Shown: one piece after another, positions 49,226 to 60,854 of the stretch
Layout of the letters: every line of letters starts with the position of its first letter
How positions within the stretch are numbered: the first letter of the stretch is position 1
Assembly (NCBI GenBank): GCA_965287045.1
Contig: OZ336882.1
Span: 45,942,001-46,006,000, forward strand
Origin: Carcharhinus amblyrhynchos
Lineage: Eukaryota
Direction: 5' to 3'
DNA: 64,000 bases
Made by a program: the position numbers and the translations under genes
The notes under the pieces: generated by a model
Database searches by the model: none
What the model was told of the DNA's origin: nothing
Seen by the model: the letters and a program-made list of their open reading frames with translations, nothing else

Positions 49226-52200
49226 TAATAAAGCATGAAAAAAAAACTGAGGATTGACTCTAATTAATTTTTTGCATCAGAGAATAATTGACACCAAACC
49301 TTTTTAATAATGGTGTTTTGCAATGTATAGAATTACAATTTGCAGTTTATTTTATAAATTTTACTGTATTATCAAGTGTTTGGACTCTTTTGCAAACTTT
49401 AAGGTGGATTATTTCTCAAAAGCCTGAAATCGCTGCCTATAATTATCTGAATTAAGTTATTGTAATTATGTGAAATCTAATTTGTAACCATCATTTAATG
49501 TTATATTGGCACAGTATTTCAAGGGTTGTTGTAGTATTGTTTTAATAATAACCTTTGAAATCTAACCTATTCAGCACAGGCTTCTCAGCCCAGCTGGCAT
49601 GCGTCTGTTTCAGTCTTCTCTTGGGAGTTTGAGCTATTGCCTTGACTGTGGCTAATTTCCCAGGTGGCCGGGATATGCTGAGTAGAGTTATCACATGACC
49701 CATGGCATGCATTACCAAGTCATGCTAGTTGCTAAAGATACACAGCAAACTGTGGTAACCTTACCAATACAGTTTGAAGTAAACTGTAGAGCAAGAGTCT
49801 GCTGTATCTTCACTGTTACTTGAACTCACAAGCTTTACACTCTGAGTGGAACCAGTCTAATAATGGAGGGAGGGTTGAAGATTAAAGATACAGAAAAATG
49901 TACAGGAGCAAATGGATACCTATCATCCAGGAACAAAGTGGAAAACAGGAGGTCTAACACTGCCACAGGTAATGTTGGTTTAAGTGAAGAAAGGTAGTTG
50001 ATATTATATAAGATTATTCAGTTCCTGTTGTGATAGGGAGAAAGAAGATTGTGGAACTCAATTAATGTCTTTTTTGGTCCATATTTATGCTAAATTTACA
50101 AAATGACTGTGATTCCCTAGATCGGTAGTAGCAATTACGCAAATAATTCTTTCTCAAGACATTCTCTCATGATTTCCCTGTAGATCAGAAGAGGTCTTCA
50201 TATGTGGTTATGTTGTGTTGATGTTGGAAACACCACTGAAAAATACCTGGTACTTAAATTGGGATCATGAATATACACCAAATTATAATACAGGTGAAGA
50301 TTTAAATATTCTTTCCATATTTGAAATCTACGTAGTTTTGGATAGTGCTCACTGCACTTCGTTTTACATTTTTTGGAAGCAAGTATAGTGCTTTCAAAAA
50401 AAAGTACAATACATTGGAATTTGGAACAGATTAATATAAAAGCTGATAAAGTTGTGTATAAAGGTTGAAGAGGTGGTGTATATTTTGACTGCAAGTTAAA
50501 TAGATAAATGCCTATTTTCTTTTCACAAGTAGATTTAAACAAATTTGTGCGAGCTTGGTTGTGTGTCTTACCTAGCAGCCATTGCAAAAGAATTCTACCA
50601 ACAGCAGTGACTTGGTACTGATTGGGAACAAGAAGTGGTCAGAAAGTTTACTAGTCATGTTCCAATCATTAAGTTTCAAAAGGTATCAAAGAACTCTGTT
50701 GTTTTTGTTCCAGATTCAGGAGTCTGAATTTTTCTAAATCATCCTGTGTCAATTCAAATTTGTGCTAACGGGACAGAATAGTATTTAATGCAAAAGCTTG
50801 TGATAATTGCGTTTCACCTTCACAACCTTCTACCAACTGTTACAGACGGGTGAGGAGTGGTAGAATAGCTCCACTTTCTTTCCACCCTTCAGGTGGCCAC
50901 AACCTAAAAGAAGCTGCGTGCCATTCGGTCTAATGGCTTGGCCCATGTGTGGTTGAATATACAGGTGATGTCTGGATGTTTTGTAAATGGTTGAGGAGAT
51001 GGATCGTTCACACTTATCTATATGGATTTTCTTTGGAGGACCACTTCTAGGCAGCCTCACTACTTGCATATGGTTTTCTAATTTGTATGATACAGCAATG
51101 TGAATATTCGATCACCTTAGGAGCTGTTGTTTAAGTCGCTTAAAATCCTACTAATCAGACTTTTAAATTTATCCAGTTGCTTCAGCACAATCAGTAAAAT
51201 AAAGCCATTTTCAAAATATAACATGGGTTTATAACGCTACTTGTTCCCCTACTCAGAGTCACAGACAGTGTTATTGGCAGAAGCCACATAAGTAACTCAA
51301 CTTTTCTTAATCTTTACATGAGCCTCACTTTTTGTTATAATTTCCCCATTTATGTTACAGAACAGAATCTTCAAAAGAAGTCATGTTTTCTTGGCTAACT
51401 CATCACAAACTCTTAAATTCACTGGTATATGTCTTTAATAAACAGATTTATGCATAGTAGTGGATTTCACAAGAATAATATGGTACTTCATGAGTTAGAA
51501 CAGGATAATCTCCACAGTGTTGAAGTCATCAGATTTTATCATTTTGTTTGGGAGTGAGGTATGCTCCGAGCAAAATCTTTTCATTATTGTTTCCTAACTT
51601 GATGCATTGTGTAGGAAGGCAGAATGTTAGATGGTTATGACATGCAAGCTCCTTTGCATTCCACAGCTCTGATGTACTAAAGTTGGCCTTGTATAACAGC
51701 AGTTGCAGTTTCCTCTGTTTCAGATGTTTGGTAATTGCTGCCTTTGCTGCATTGGAGTTGTAACATTGACCATGAGACACTATGTTGGGACGGGGCGGGG
51801 GGGATTCTTTTGTTGTGAGCAGGCCATGAGGCTCAAACAAGTGCCATTTTGCAGGTTCCCCCCTGGGTGCCATGAGTCCCTGGCCACTGGATTTCCGGCG
51901 CAGTCAGCTGCATGCCAAAAATCGGCGTGGAGCTCCACAATTTATTTAAGTGGCCCTTTCAATCTATTTGACATATCGTTATCAGGCCCGGGACTGAAAT
52001 CTCCAGATCTGTTGGCATCTCCCCCACAATTTACAGCTGATGTAAATTCACAATTTGATTTACAGCTCAAAGAGGTAAAGATGTTACTAAAAGATGTGCT
52101 GACTTTGATGTTGGTTTAGAAATACAAACATTTGTTTTATAAGAGATTAAGTACTTGAGGAAATTTAAATGTATTGAATGGGCTTTCCCAAATGAGAATG

Positions 52201-52691
52201 TTTTTTGTTTCATGAAGTCTGTAATAAATGCTTAGAAACATAGTTAATTTAGTCTCAGCATGGTTCCTGAGGTCAGCCCATGGTGGTTAAAGGGTGAGTT
52301 GGCATGGAGGGTCTATGGGAAAAGAGTGATGGATGGGGACATGAGTTGGTATATGAGGTACATAAGCCCATGCGAGTGGTGAAGGGTCATGAGTTGGAAC
52401 TAAATGGGTATAGGGGCTATCAGAAGCCATGGGGATATGGGACACCGTCTGTAGAAGCTAGGTTGACACGGTGATACTGAGCTGCCATATGGATAGGTGT
52501 GGGGATCATGGGTTGGCATGAGTTGGTATGGGGATCTTAAGTTGACACTGGGGCTATAAGGGACCATGGGGTGAGTGGGTTAACGTAGAGGATGTGAGAG
52601 ACCATTGGGTGTGAGTGGTGGCATTGGTTGGCATGATTTAGCATGTATGTGAATGGAAAGTGAGCGGGGGTGTGAGGGCTAGAAGGTCTGA

Positions 52692-52810
52692 TGTTTAATA
52701 AGACAGCGTTGGACTGGCGTAAACACAGTAAAAAGTCTGACAACACCAGGTTTTAGTCGTCTGCTAAAACCTGGTGTTGTCAGACTTTTTACTGTGTTTA
52801 ATAAGACAGC
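52692..52810. repeat. Perfect 37-bp inverted repeat derived from a Penelope-like terminus, flanked by a 16-bp direct repeat
   Basis: Arms 52720-52756 and 52764-52800 are exact reverse complements with loop tcgtctg; tgtttaataagacagc occurs at 52692-52707 and 52795-52810; the arm matches 59030-59062. Confidence 0.93.
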
Positions 52811-53336
52811 AGGGATGTAGTCCCAAGCCTTTGTTGTGCACATCATCAGCATATTTTTGTTGCTGCCCCGTTGAAGTCCTCTGCATCAGAATTTCTAGTC
52901 TTATCTTATGATGAGCTGGCACCTGGGCTATCCTTAGCTCAGGCTCTGAACAGAGCCCATCCCTGTCAATTTGGCCCTACATTCAAATCTTGCCTCTAAC
53001 CTATCCTCTAAGATATATACAGTGTCATTGTAGATAACAGATCTTGCCTCAAACCTACCTTCTAGTGTACACACTGGAGACATGTTATCTGAGAAAGAGG
53101 CCGATAGTGTGAAATCAAATAGCAGAAGTTTTCTTTCTTCATCACTCTTCTTACTGTTAATTATTGTCTGACAGTTTGAACCTCTTGGCCATGGTTGTGT
53201 TGCAGAGAGTAGGTCGAAAAATTTGCACCTCTACACTACCTGCAACTTCTAAATCAGAAGAGAGTTTGGGGTTAGAGGTGAGTGAGATGGAAGAGAAGAA
53301 TTAATTATGGTGCTGAGCCAAATCTCAGCCAAACCC

Positions 53337-53612
53337 CACGGTGGCACAATGTTTAGCACTGCTGCCTCACAGCAGGAGTGACCAGGGTTCAATTCCTGGC
53401 TTTGCCTGTGCGGATTCTTATATTCACCCCATTTGGCATGGGTTTCCTCCCACAGTCTGAAAGACGTGCTGGTTAGGTGCATTGGCCATGCTAAATCTCC
53501 CCCCAGTGTACTTGAACAGGCACTGGAGTGTGGCAACTAGGGGATTTTCGCAGTACCTTCATTGCAGTGTTAATGAAAGCCTTCTTGTGACACTAATAAA
53601 TAAATAAACTTT
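53337..53612 (+). mobile_element. SINE with HE1-like head and alternative tail
   Basis: cacggtggcacaatgtttagcactgctgcctcacagc head; tail ttcattgcagtgttaatgaaagccttcttgtgacactaataaataaataaacttt. Confidence 0.85.
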
Positions 53613-53614
53613 GT

Positions 53615-53715
53615 TTTTCTCTCTGGAAAAATGCTGCCAGTCCTGCTGAGTTTTTCCAGCACATTATCTTTTTATTTTAGGTTTCCAGCATCCAGAGTGT
53701 TTTACTTTTATTTTA
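53615..53715 (+). mobile_element. Penelope-like terminal repeat fragment (family A)
   Basis: atgctgccagtcctgctgagtttttccagca...tttccagcatccagagtgttttactttt. Confidence 0.65.
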
Positions 53716-53909
53716 TGGTTTAATAGCTGACAGTTTAGATGTAGGTGTGAGGCTTGTAGCAGTGTGTGAGAATATAGTTAATCTAGGGACATCAGTTATG
53801 AGATAGAAAGGCAAGTGATGGAGGTATGGTGATTTGAACGCAGTCTGAGGCTATGATGGAGTTGGAAGGATTTGATATTTGAAGATGCAGTCACTGATCC
53901 TTTCCACTT

Positions 53910-54131
53910 ATGTTTGTCTTTGGAGTTCTTCCAGCTTTGCATCCTGATCCTCAGGGCTTGACTCATGTCATTGACCTTCAAGGCTAACAGTCCCCACTGC
54001 CTTTTGGCAATGTGTCTGGAGAATATTCCTCCCCTCTGTAGATTCAGAGCATCTCTCTTCCTTTCCAGCTCCTCCACCAAGAGCTCCAATGCAATGTCTG
54101 AAAACCTTGAATATCTCCCCCCTTTTGTCAT
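53910..54131 (-). pseudogene. Myb/SANT-like (trihelix) DNA-binding domain, Harbinger ORF2 remnant
   Basis: SRFSDIALELLVEELERKRDAL...KRQWGLLALKVNDMSQALRIRMQSWK fits the Harbinger Myb-like pattern PRFSD..LE.LV..V..RR..L...W..VA..VN......R...QC.KK. Confidence 0.75.
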
Positions 54132-55734
54132 ATTGCTTACTCTTTCTCAAGTCAGATTCTCTTCAATCATTAGCACTGGTATCTGCTTCAGCCGCAATGT
54201 GCCTCCCCTTTAAGAGGTGCAGGCTAACTTTTGCGGATTAGCTTTAAGCACTTTGCCTCCTACCCACCAGTCACCCACTCTCCACAATAAATTCCCCCCT
54301 CCCCCGCATACTCAAACTCCCTCCCCCACAAACATTATCCTGGTTAGGTCAGAATGCTGAGCGATGTATCGTATTAGAATAAATGGGAAGGAACTATTGA
54401 CTATGAAAGATAATCTCTTGCTGGATATTTTAGCCACATGTAAAATAACACTGTAATGTCAGCTGTTGGCTAGACTTTATTTGCATCACATTCAAAGCGG
54501 AAAACCAGGCAGTTCAGTGGAACGATGACAAGCTCATCTCTCTTGCAAGTGGACTTCCTTCCGCCGAGTTACTATAACGAGGACTACTGCTAAAGAACAC
54601 CTGCTCCTCAATTTAGTCCAGCAGATCCAGTTTAAAAGTCCATTAGTGTTGCACACACAGGACTTGCAGTGCTCTGCCAAGCAAAGCAATATCGAGTATG
54701 CACTTGAGAGCACTTTGCTTGTTTGCCAATATTTCAGACTTTAGGAACTGTCTTATTTTCCAGAATCCCGATGAAAACTGGTTTGATGACATTTGTATTT
54801 TTTTTGCCATTTCATGATGTCTGTTATTCTTCGTAACTGATGCCACACAGTTAGTACATTATAGTTTAACACTCTTTTGAGCATAGTTTTGCAAGTGAAG
54901 AACATTCCAAAAGTGCGTGTAAAATATTTTTTCAATCAAATTGAGCATTTTCCCTGTTGACCTATTTTGTAGGATTCTTCATATTATGTCTTAAAACAAG
55001 CCAAATACCAGGAATATATAAGCCAATTCAAACAGCTACTTAGCATTGTCGCCTAGAGTTTCCATAAACCTCTTTTTTGCATTGCTTAGAATATTACATT
55101 CCATGGGTGGGTATGTGCCATTCACTGCAGCAATTCAATTGTCAAACAGACCATGTCAGTATACACAAGCCAGCCAGAGCTTGTTTCGCGTTCTTCTCAA
55201 ATATTTATATAAAACCCAGTTTCACATCTCACCAGTTTAAATGCATTTTTTTGTTGGTTGTTCAATTAATTTGATGTGTAGATTAACTGGTTGCATAGAA
55301 TGATAAAAACTCTATTTATAAAACACACATCACCTCATTATAAATTGCCACAATTGCCAATATATAACTTCTTACAGAGAGCCACTATGTTCATTGTGAC
55401 CTTGTTGAGGTCAGAAAATTAATTCTACATTCTTGAAATGTGATGATGAATAACTGTGAGCCTTAATCCAATAATACCAGGCTGAGATCTTTTCTGCTGC
55501 ACTGATTTCTTCAATATGTCTTTTAAGAGTGGAAGTTGGATCTCTTTGTGAATGCATTAACGAACAGATAAGTCTTATGTACTCCTGGTGACACTTCTGC
55601 ATAAAAATGCAGAAGATTAACTAACCCCGAGGTGAGTAGTCCTTAGATCAATGGAAGAATACAAACCTTAAATGAATGAAGACTCAGCATCTCCTCACTG
55701 ACGATTCAACATTTTTTGGTGATGATGATGAAGA

Positions 55735-55792
55735 CTCTGGCCTCTGAGTCACGAGGTTATGGATTTAAACCCCACTCCAAAATTGAGCACAG
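55735..55792 (+). mobile_element. tRNA-derived SINE head fragment (SacSINE1-like)
   Basis: actctggcctctgagtcacgaggttatggatttaaaccccactcca...ttgagcac. Confidence 0.45.
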
Positions 55793-55857
55793 AAGTCACG
55801 GTTTAGCGGCCCCGCTAGCCATGGGCATAAATCTTGTAATGGCCACTAAATCTCGTG

Positions 55858-57230
55858 AGAGGACAAAAACTCCTATTTGTTTACTACAGCCCGGCCTTCA
55901 ACACCATTATTGCTACAAAACCAAACTCCAAATCCTGGGGCTTGGCTCCTCCCTTTTCAAATTGGATCCTAGACTTCCTAACCAACCAACCACAATCAGT
56001 AAGGATAGACAACAAAACCTCCTCCACGATCATCCTCAACCCCAGTGCCCCACAAGGTTGTGTCCTCAGCCCCCTGCTATGCTCCTTATACGTCTATGAA
56101 TGTACGGCCAAATTCCCCTCTAACTGAATTTTCAAGTTTGCTGATTACACCACCATTGTGGTTGGATCTCAAACAACGATGAGACTGGAGTACAGGAAGG
56201 AGATAGAGAATCTGGTGAACAGGTGCAACAACAATAATCTCTCCCTCTATGTCAACAAAATTAAGGAGATGTTCATCTACTTCAGGAAGAGTAGTGCAGG
56301 ACATGCCCCTGTCTACATCAATGGGGACGAAATGGAAATGGTCGAGACCTTCAAATTCCTAGATGTCTGGATTGCCAACAACTTGTCCTGGTCCCTCCAT
56401 GCTGACACTATAGTTAAGAAAGCCCACCAACGTTTTTACTTTCTGAGGCAGCTAAGGAAATTTGGCATGTCTACTACAACTCTCAGCAACTTTTACAGAT
56501 GCACCAGAGAAAGAATTCTTTCTGGTCGTATCGCAGCTTGGTTTGGCTCCTGCTCTGTCCAAGACCGTAAGAAAGTACAAAGGATGTTGAAGGAAGCCCA
56601 GTCCATCAAGCAAATCAGCCTCCCATCCATTGACTCTATCTACACTTCCTGCTGCCTCAGAAAAACAGTCAGCATATCAAGAACCCCACGCACCTCCGAC
56701 ATACTCTCTTCCATCTTCTTAGTTGGAAAAAAATTACTTAAGTCTGAGATCACATACCAACTAACCCAAGAACAGCTTTTTCCCTGCTGCCATCAGACTT
56801 CTGAATGGACCTACCTCATATTACGTTGATCTTTCTGTTCGCCGTAGCTATGACTGGAACGCTACATTCTGCACCCTGTCCTTTCCTTCTCTCTGCATGT
56901 TATGTTTTGCCTATATAGGTTCGATTCCCAGCTTGGGTCACTGTCTGTGTGGAGTCTGCACACTCTCCCTGTGTCTGCATGGGTTTCCTCTGAGTGTCCC
57001 AGTTTCTTCCCATGCTTTGAAAGGCTTGTTGGTTAGGTGCATTGCGGCAGTGTATCCAAACAGGCACCCGTATGTGACAACTATGGGATTTTTCACAGTA
57101 ACTTCATTGCAGTGTTAATATAAACCTCGTGTGACTAATAAATAAACTCCAAATAAACTTTTAACTTTAGAAACAATATTTTTCACTGTATACTAGTACA
57201 CGTGACAATAATAAATCAAATCAAATCAAA
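55858..57230 (+). mobile_element. Rex1/Babar-like non-LTR retrotransposon, 5'-truncated, RT frameshifted
   Basis: AFNTII...NWILDFLTNQPQSVRI...APQGCVLSPLL (55855-56127), KFADYTTIV, NNLSLYVNKIKEM..FRK, KKAHQRFYFLRQLRKFG, FYRCT.E.ILSG.I..WFG (56158-56829); tail gtgacaataataaatcaaatcaaatcaaa. Confidence 0.9.
56918..57168 (+). mobile_element. SINE with HE1-like head and alternative tail, nested in the Rex1 3' UTR
   Basis: ggttcgattcccagcttgggtcactgtctgtgtggagt...cagtaacttcattgcagtgttaat...gtgactaataaataaact. Confidence 0.85.
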
Positions 57231-58699
57231 ATGGGATTTGTGCTAACAAGAATTCAAAGTGTGATCTTTCCCGCCTCCGTCTGGTGATGTAATCAGCTTC
57301 ACATCTAGGAAGGGCATGAGCCTGATTGGCATAAACTATAATATATCTAAATATCATTAATGGGCTTAACGCTGCTACTTCCACCCTTGCCTCCCCCAGC
57401 CGGAATGATATTGCAGATCACTATTCATTTTCATCATTATTTGTGATGAACATGCTAGGGGCACATGTTCCTAGTATAGCCCCCTGGGTGGCGAGAGACA
57501 TGTCTGGCACTGCCATCTGGCATCTGGGCAACCCCTGGCATTGACAGGGATGGGCTGTCTGAGGAACCCTATTGAGAGTTTCCCCTTATGTGTGGTTGGG
57601 GCAGGGCACACCCAATGCCTGTGAAGGGGCACTCTCCAGTGACTGAGAAGGTGGGGAGGGATACCTGGGAGGGAGGGGGACTGCCTCGATGCTTGCATGG
57701 TTGGGGGTCTGCAGTAGGGTTAGGGTTGCCTTGTGATTGGGCGGGCAGGGGGGTGCGGGAATGCCTGAGGGGTTGGGAGGGGTGTTGTCCGAATGCCTGT
57801 GAAGGGGGTACTTCGTGTCTGTGGAGGGGTGGCAGGATATATTTATGGAACTGATGGTAACCCGATCTCTCTGGAGTTTGCCTTGTTGGCGTTATCAGTC
57901 TCCGCCAGAGTGATGACACAAGCCATGCCCCCAGATTTACTGTGTATTGAGTGTCAGGGATGTGGAATGAAATGTCAGCTGTGCATCTGGGAAGATATAT
58001 GTAAATTTTCAGTCTGAACCTGACCCTCTGACAAATTTTGGAATATTTTGACCAGAATCTAGGTTGACATAAAGACATTATTTTAAGATATAAGTCACAA
58101 TTTTTAGAAGCATGTGTTTTTTGACATGCAAAACATGTGACTTTACAGGACCAAAATATTGTCCTTAACATACGTGCATACTTCTAGTGCATGTCATGCT
58201 GCATGCCATTTTGGTGAGTATTTTTTGGTGCACACACAGTGAAGAACACACTGGAAATATGCAAAGAAGATCGTGATGCCAATCAATGTATAATACTGGT
58301 TTGATCTCATTGCATTTATAACTCAACACTCCATTCAATACCCTCACTTAAATATGCATTCAGCAATAAGAAGTCCCATCACCAATCTATTTAAAGACAA
58401 CATCAATTATTTTTCCAGTTACTTTTGGATTGATTTTTGCTGGCTATTTCTGTACTTTTCAAAGCATTTGAAGCTTCCTGGAGTTCTTTAAAGTTGCTGA
58501 AGTTTACCAATGTGACAAGTGCTGAAGAAATTTGTCTCAACTTCACAAATTCTACACAAAGCATATGCTTCCAGAAATACAAGCAGCAGTGGACTGTAGC
58601 ATGACTTAGAGAAACAGCAAAGGTGTCACAGAGCAAGGCTACCTTCTGGGAGAGAGAGGAATGGGTAAAATACTGTCTGCCAAAGGTTCAAATTGCCTA

Positions 58700-58995
58700 G
58701 TGAGTTCAGGGAAAACATTTTGTATCAGAAACTCAACGATGAACAGTGTACCAGTTGTCTGGACTTCAGTAAGGATATACGCATTGAAATCTGCACCGGC
58801 TTTTGCCAGAACTGCAATCTCAGAGCAGGACAAGCACAGCATTGCCACTGGCAATGAGGGTGACCGTCAACAAAGACCTTAATACATCGAGTTCCTTCCA
58901 GGCTGCAATAAGTGATATCACTATCCTAATACAACTACCCCCTGTTTACATCCACTGTTGTATAAGGGAGACCAGCAAAGCTCTGAGCATGATCA
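58700..58995 (+). pseudogene. PIF/Harbinger transposase N-terminal remnant
   Basis: FRENILYQKLNDEQC...FSKD, then ELQSQSRTSTALPLAMRVTV...SSSFQAAISDI...IHCCIRETSKAL (ORF 58803-59084), matching the HARBI1-like pattern TALPVAVKVT..L...ASGSFQ...GD. Confidence 0.8.
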
Positions 58996-58997
58996 AT

Positions 58998-59630
58998 TTT
59001 GATGTGGAGATGCCGGCATTGGACTGGGGTAAACACAGTAAGAAGTCTCACGGCACCAGGTTAAAGTCCAACCAGTTTATTTGATAGTAAACCCACAAGC
59101 TTTTGGAAACACTGTGCCTTCGTCAGGTGCATGGAAGGTTCTGATCAGAGAAGGGCGTATAAAGTCACACACAGTTTACAGAATACTGATTAGAATGCAC
59201 GTCTTTACAGCTAACCTGCTATTCAAGTCTTAAAGATGCAGACAATGTGAGTGGAGATAGCATTAGCATAGGTTAAAGAGATGTATATTGTCTCCAGACA
59301 GGACAGTAAGTGAAATGTTGCAATTTCAGGCAAGTCATGGGGGTTACAGATAATGTAACATGAACTCATCTTCCCAGTTGAGGCCATCCTCATGTGTGCG
59401 GCACTTGGCTATCAGTCTCTGCTCAGTGACTCTGCGCTGTCGTGTGTCGTGAAGGCTGCCTTGGAGAACGCTTACCCGAAGATCAAAGGCCGAATACCAG
59501 TGACCGCTGAAGTGTTCGCCAACAGGAAGGGAACAGTCTTGCCTGGTGATGGTCAAGCGGTGTTCATTCATCCGTTGTTGTAGCATCTGCATGATCTCCC
59601 TAATGTACCATGCTTCGTGACATCCCGATG
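58998..59630 (-). mobile_element. Penelope-like element 3' end: GIY-YIG endonuclease remnant plus terminal repeat (family B)
   Basis: ORF 59344-59712: AWYIREIMQMLQQRMNEHRLTI...PVGEHFS...DLRVSVLQG...RRVTEQRLIAK.RTHEDGLN; terminal repeat gatgtggagatgccggcattggactggggtaaacacagtaagaagtc; hammerhead-like motif at 59095-59129. Confidence 0.88.
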
Positions 59631-60854
59631 TGAATAGCCAAAGGTAACAAATATAAACAAACGGCAGGTTTCCTAGTAGTATATAAGATCCCTTTATTCT
59701 GCTATAGTCCACAGCACAAGCTGCATTTCAGCCATTACAGTAAACCAGAGTGGCTATGGGCAACAAGGAGTACCCCTTGACAATACGGCTGAGAGGAACT
59801 TCTGGTTCCCCCGATGATGACCCTCCCCCTTACCAGTGATGGGTTCCCCAGCAGCGCAGCCAGTAAGTAATGCAATTGGCCACTGAGTTTGGCAGAGATG
59901 GAAGATCTCATGGGTGGCCAATGCTGAGCTGCCTCCACTATCAGATAACTACCACAGGGTGGCGAGCCGGGGGTCCTGGCCTTCATCAGATCAGCTTTTA
60001 TTCCAGATATTTTATTTGGATCCTGGACTGCGCTAGAGGAGACCTGCAGTACTCCAAGTGCACAGTTCAAGAACTGTGATGTCTTTCTGTGTGCTACCCT
60101 ACTTCACCATCATGAACAACTGAGAGCAGGAGCAGAAGGGGAACAAGGTTTAGGAGCTTAAGAAAGAGGATGAGGAAAAGAGGCAGAAATCTATACAACC
60201 ATTTCAGCCTGGACTTGCAGTTAAGAATTTACCCAGATTTGGTGCCCCCACAACCTCCATTCCCAAACATTCCCATACCTTATAAAATAAAAACTCCAGA
60301 GGAAATTTATTGAGAAAATCATCCATACTGCATGCAAAAGTCAACTAATTACCCTTTTGCATGCCCTTACTGCATGTGTTGCTTTGCTTATGCCAGTGTT
60401 TCTAGATAGTGCTACCCTAGAAGCAATAGAAGGTTGTCATTCGGTGGGGGAGTCTAAAGATGGTCTTACAGGTTGATTTCAAGCAACTCTGGGCCCAGAA
60501 GGCCCAGCTTCATCCAGCACCATCTCAAAATAGGCATCAGCAATCTGGGCTGGTTGGCTGGCAGGCAACAACAGGGGCTTTTGCGAAGTGCCAAGAGTGA
60601 GAGGACAAGGGCTGTAATCTGGATTGAGGACAGCAAGTTCGTGCTCCCCGGAGTCATTTTCCCTCCCCCAGAGCAGCGCCTCAACAATCCAACTAATCTC
60701 CTTGGGGGAAGATTGCTGGAATGCTCTGATGCTTGCAAGCCTCTTTGTAGAGTCTGTGCTAATACGGCAACAATCTGATCTAATAGGACAGAATCTGAAC
60801 TTGCACTGCAGTTCTTAGGTGTTGAAAAATTAAAAGCAAACAGTGATGGCTTTG

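Noticed and set aside
50880-50970. Acceptor/donor-like pair (cccttcag...acaggtgatg)
   Set aside because: Stops in all three frames; a non-coding exon cannot be supported from sequence alone.
58639-58854. Minus-strand LAKAGADFNA resembling an ankyrin repeat
   Set aside because: The opposite strand matches a Harbinger transposase over a longer span, and no other ankyrin motifs are present.
53910-58995. Myb ORF and transposase remnant as one divergent two-gene Harbinger element
   Set aside because: They are 4.5 kb apart with unique-looking sequence between them and no enclosing TIR pair seen; more likely separate insertions.
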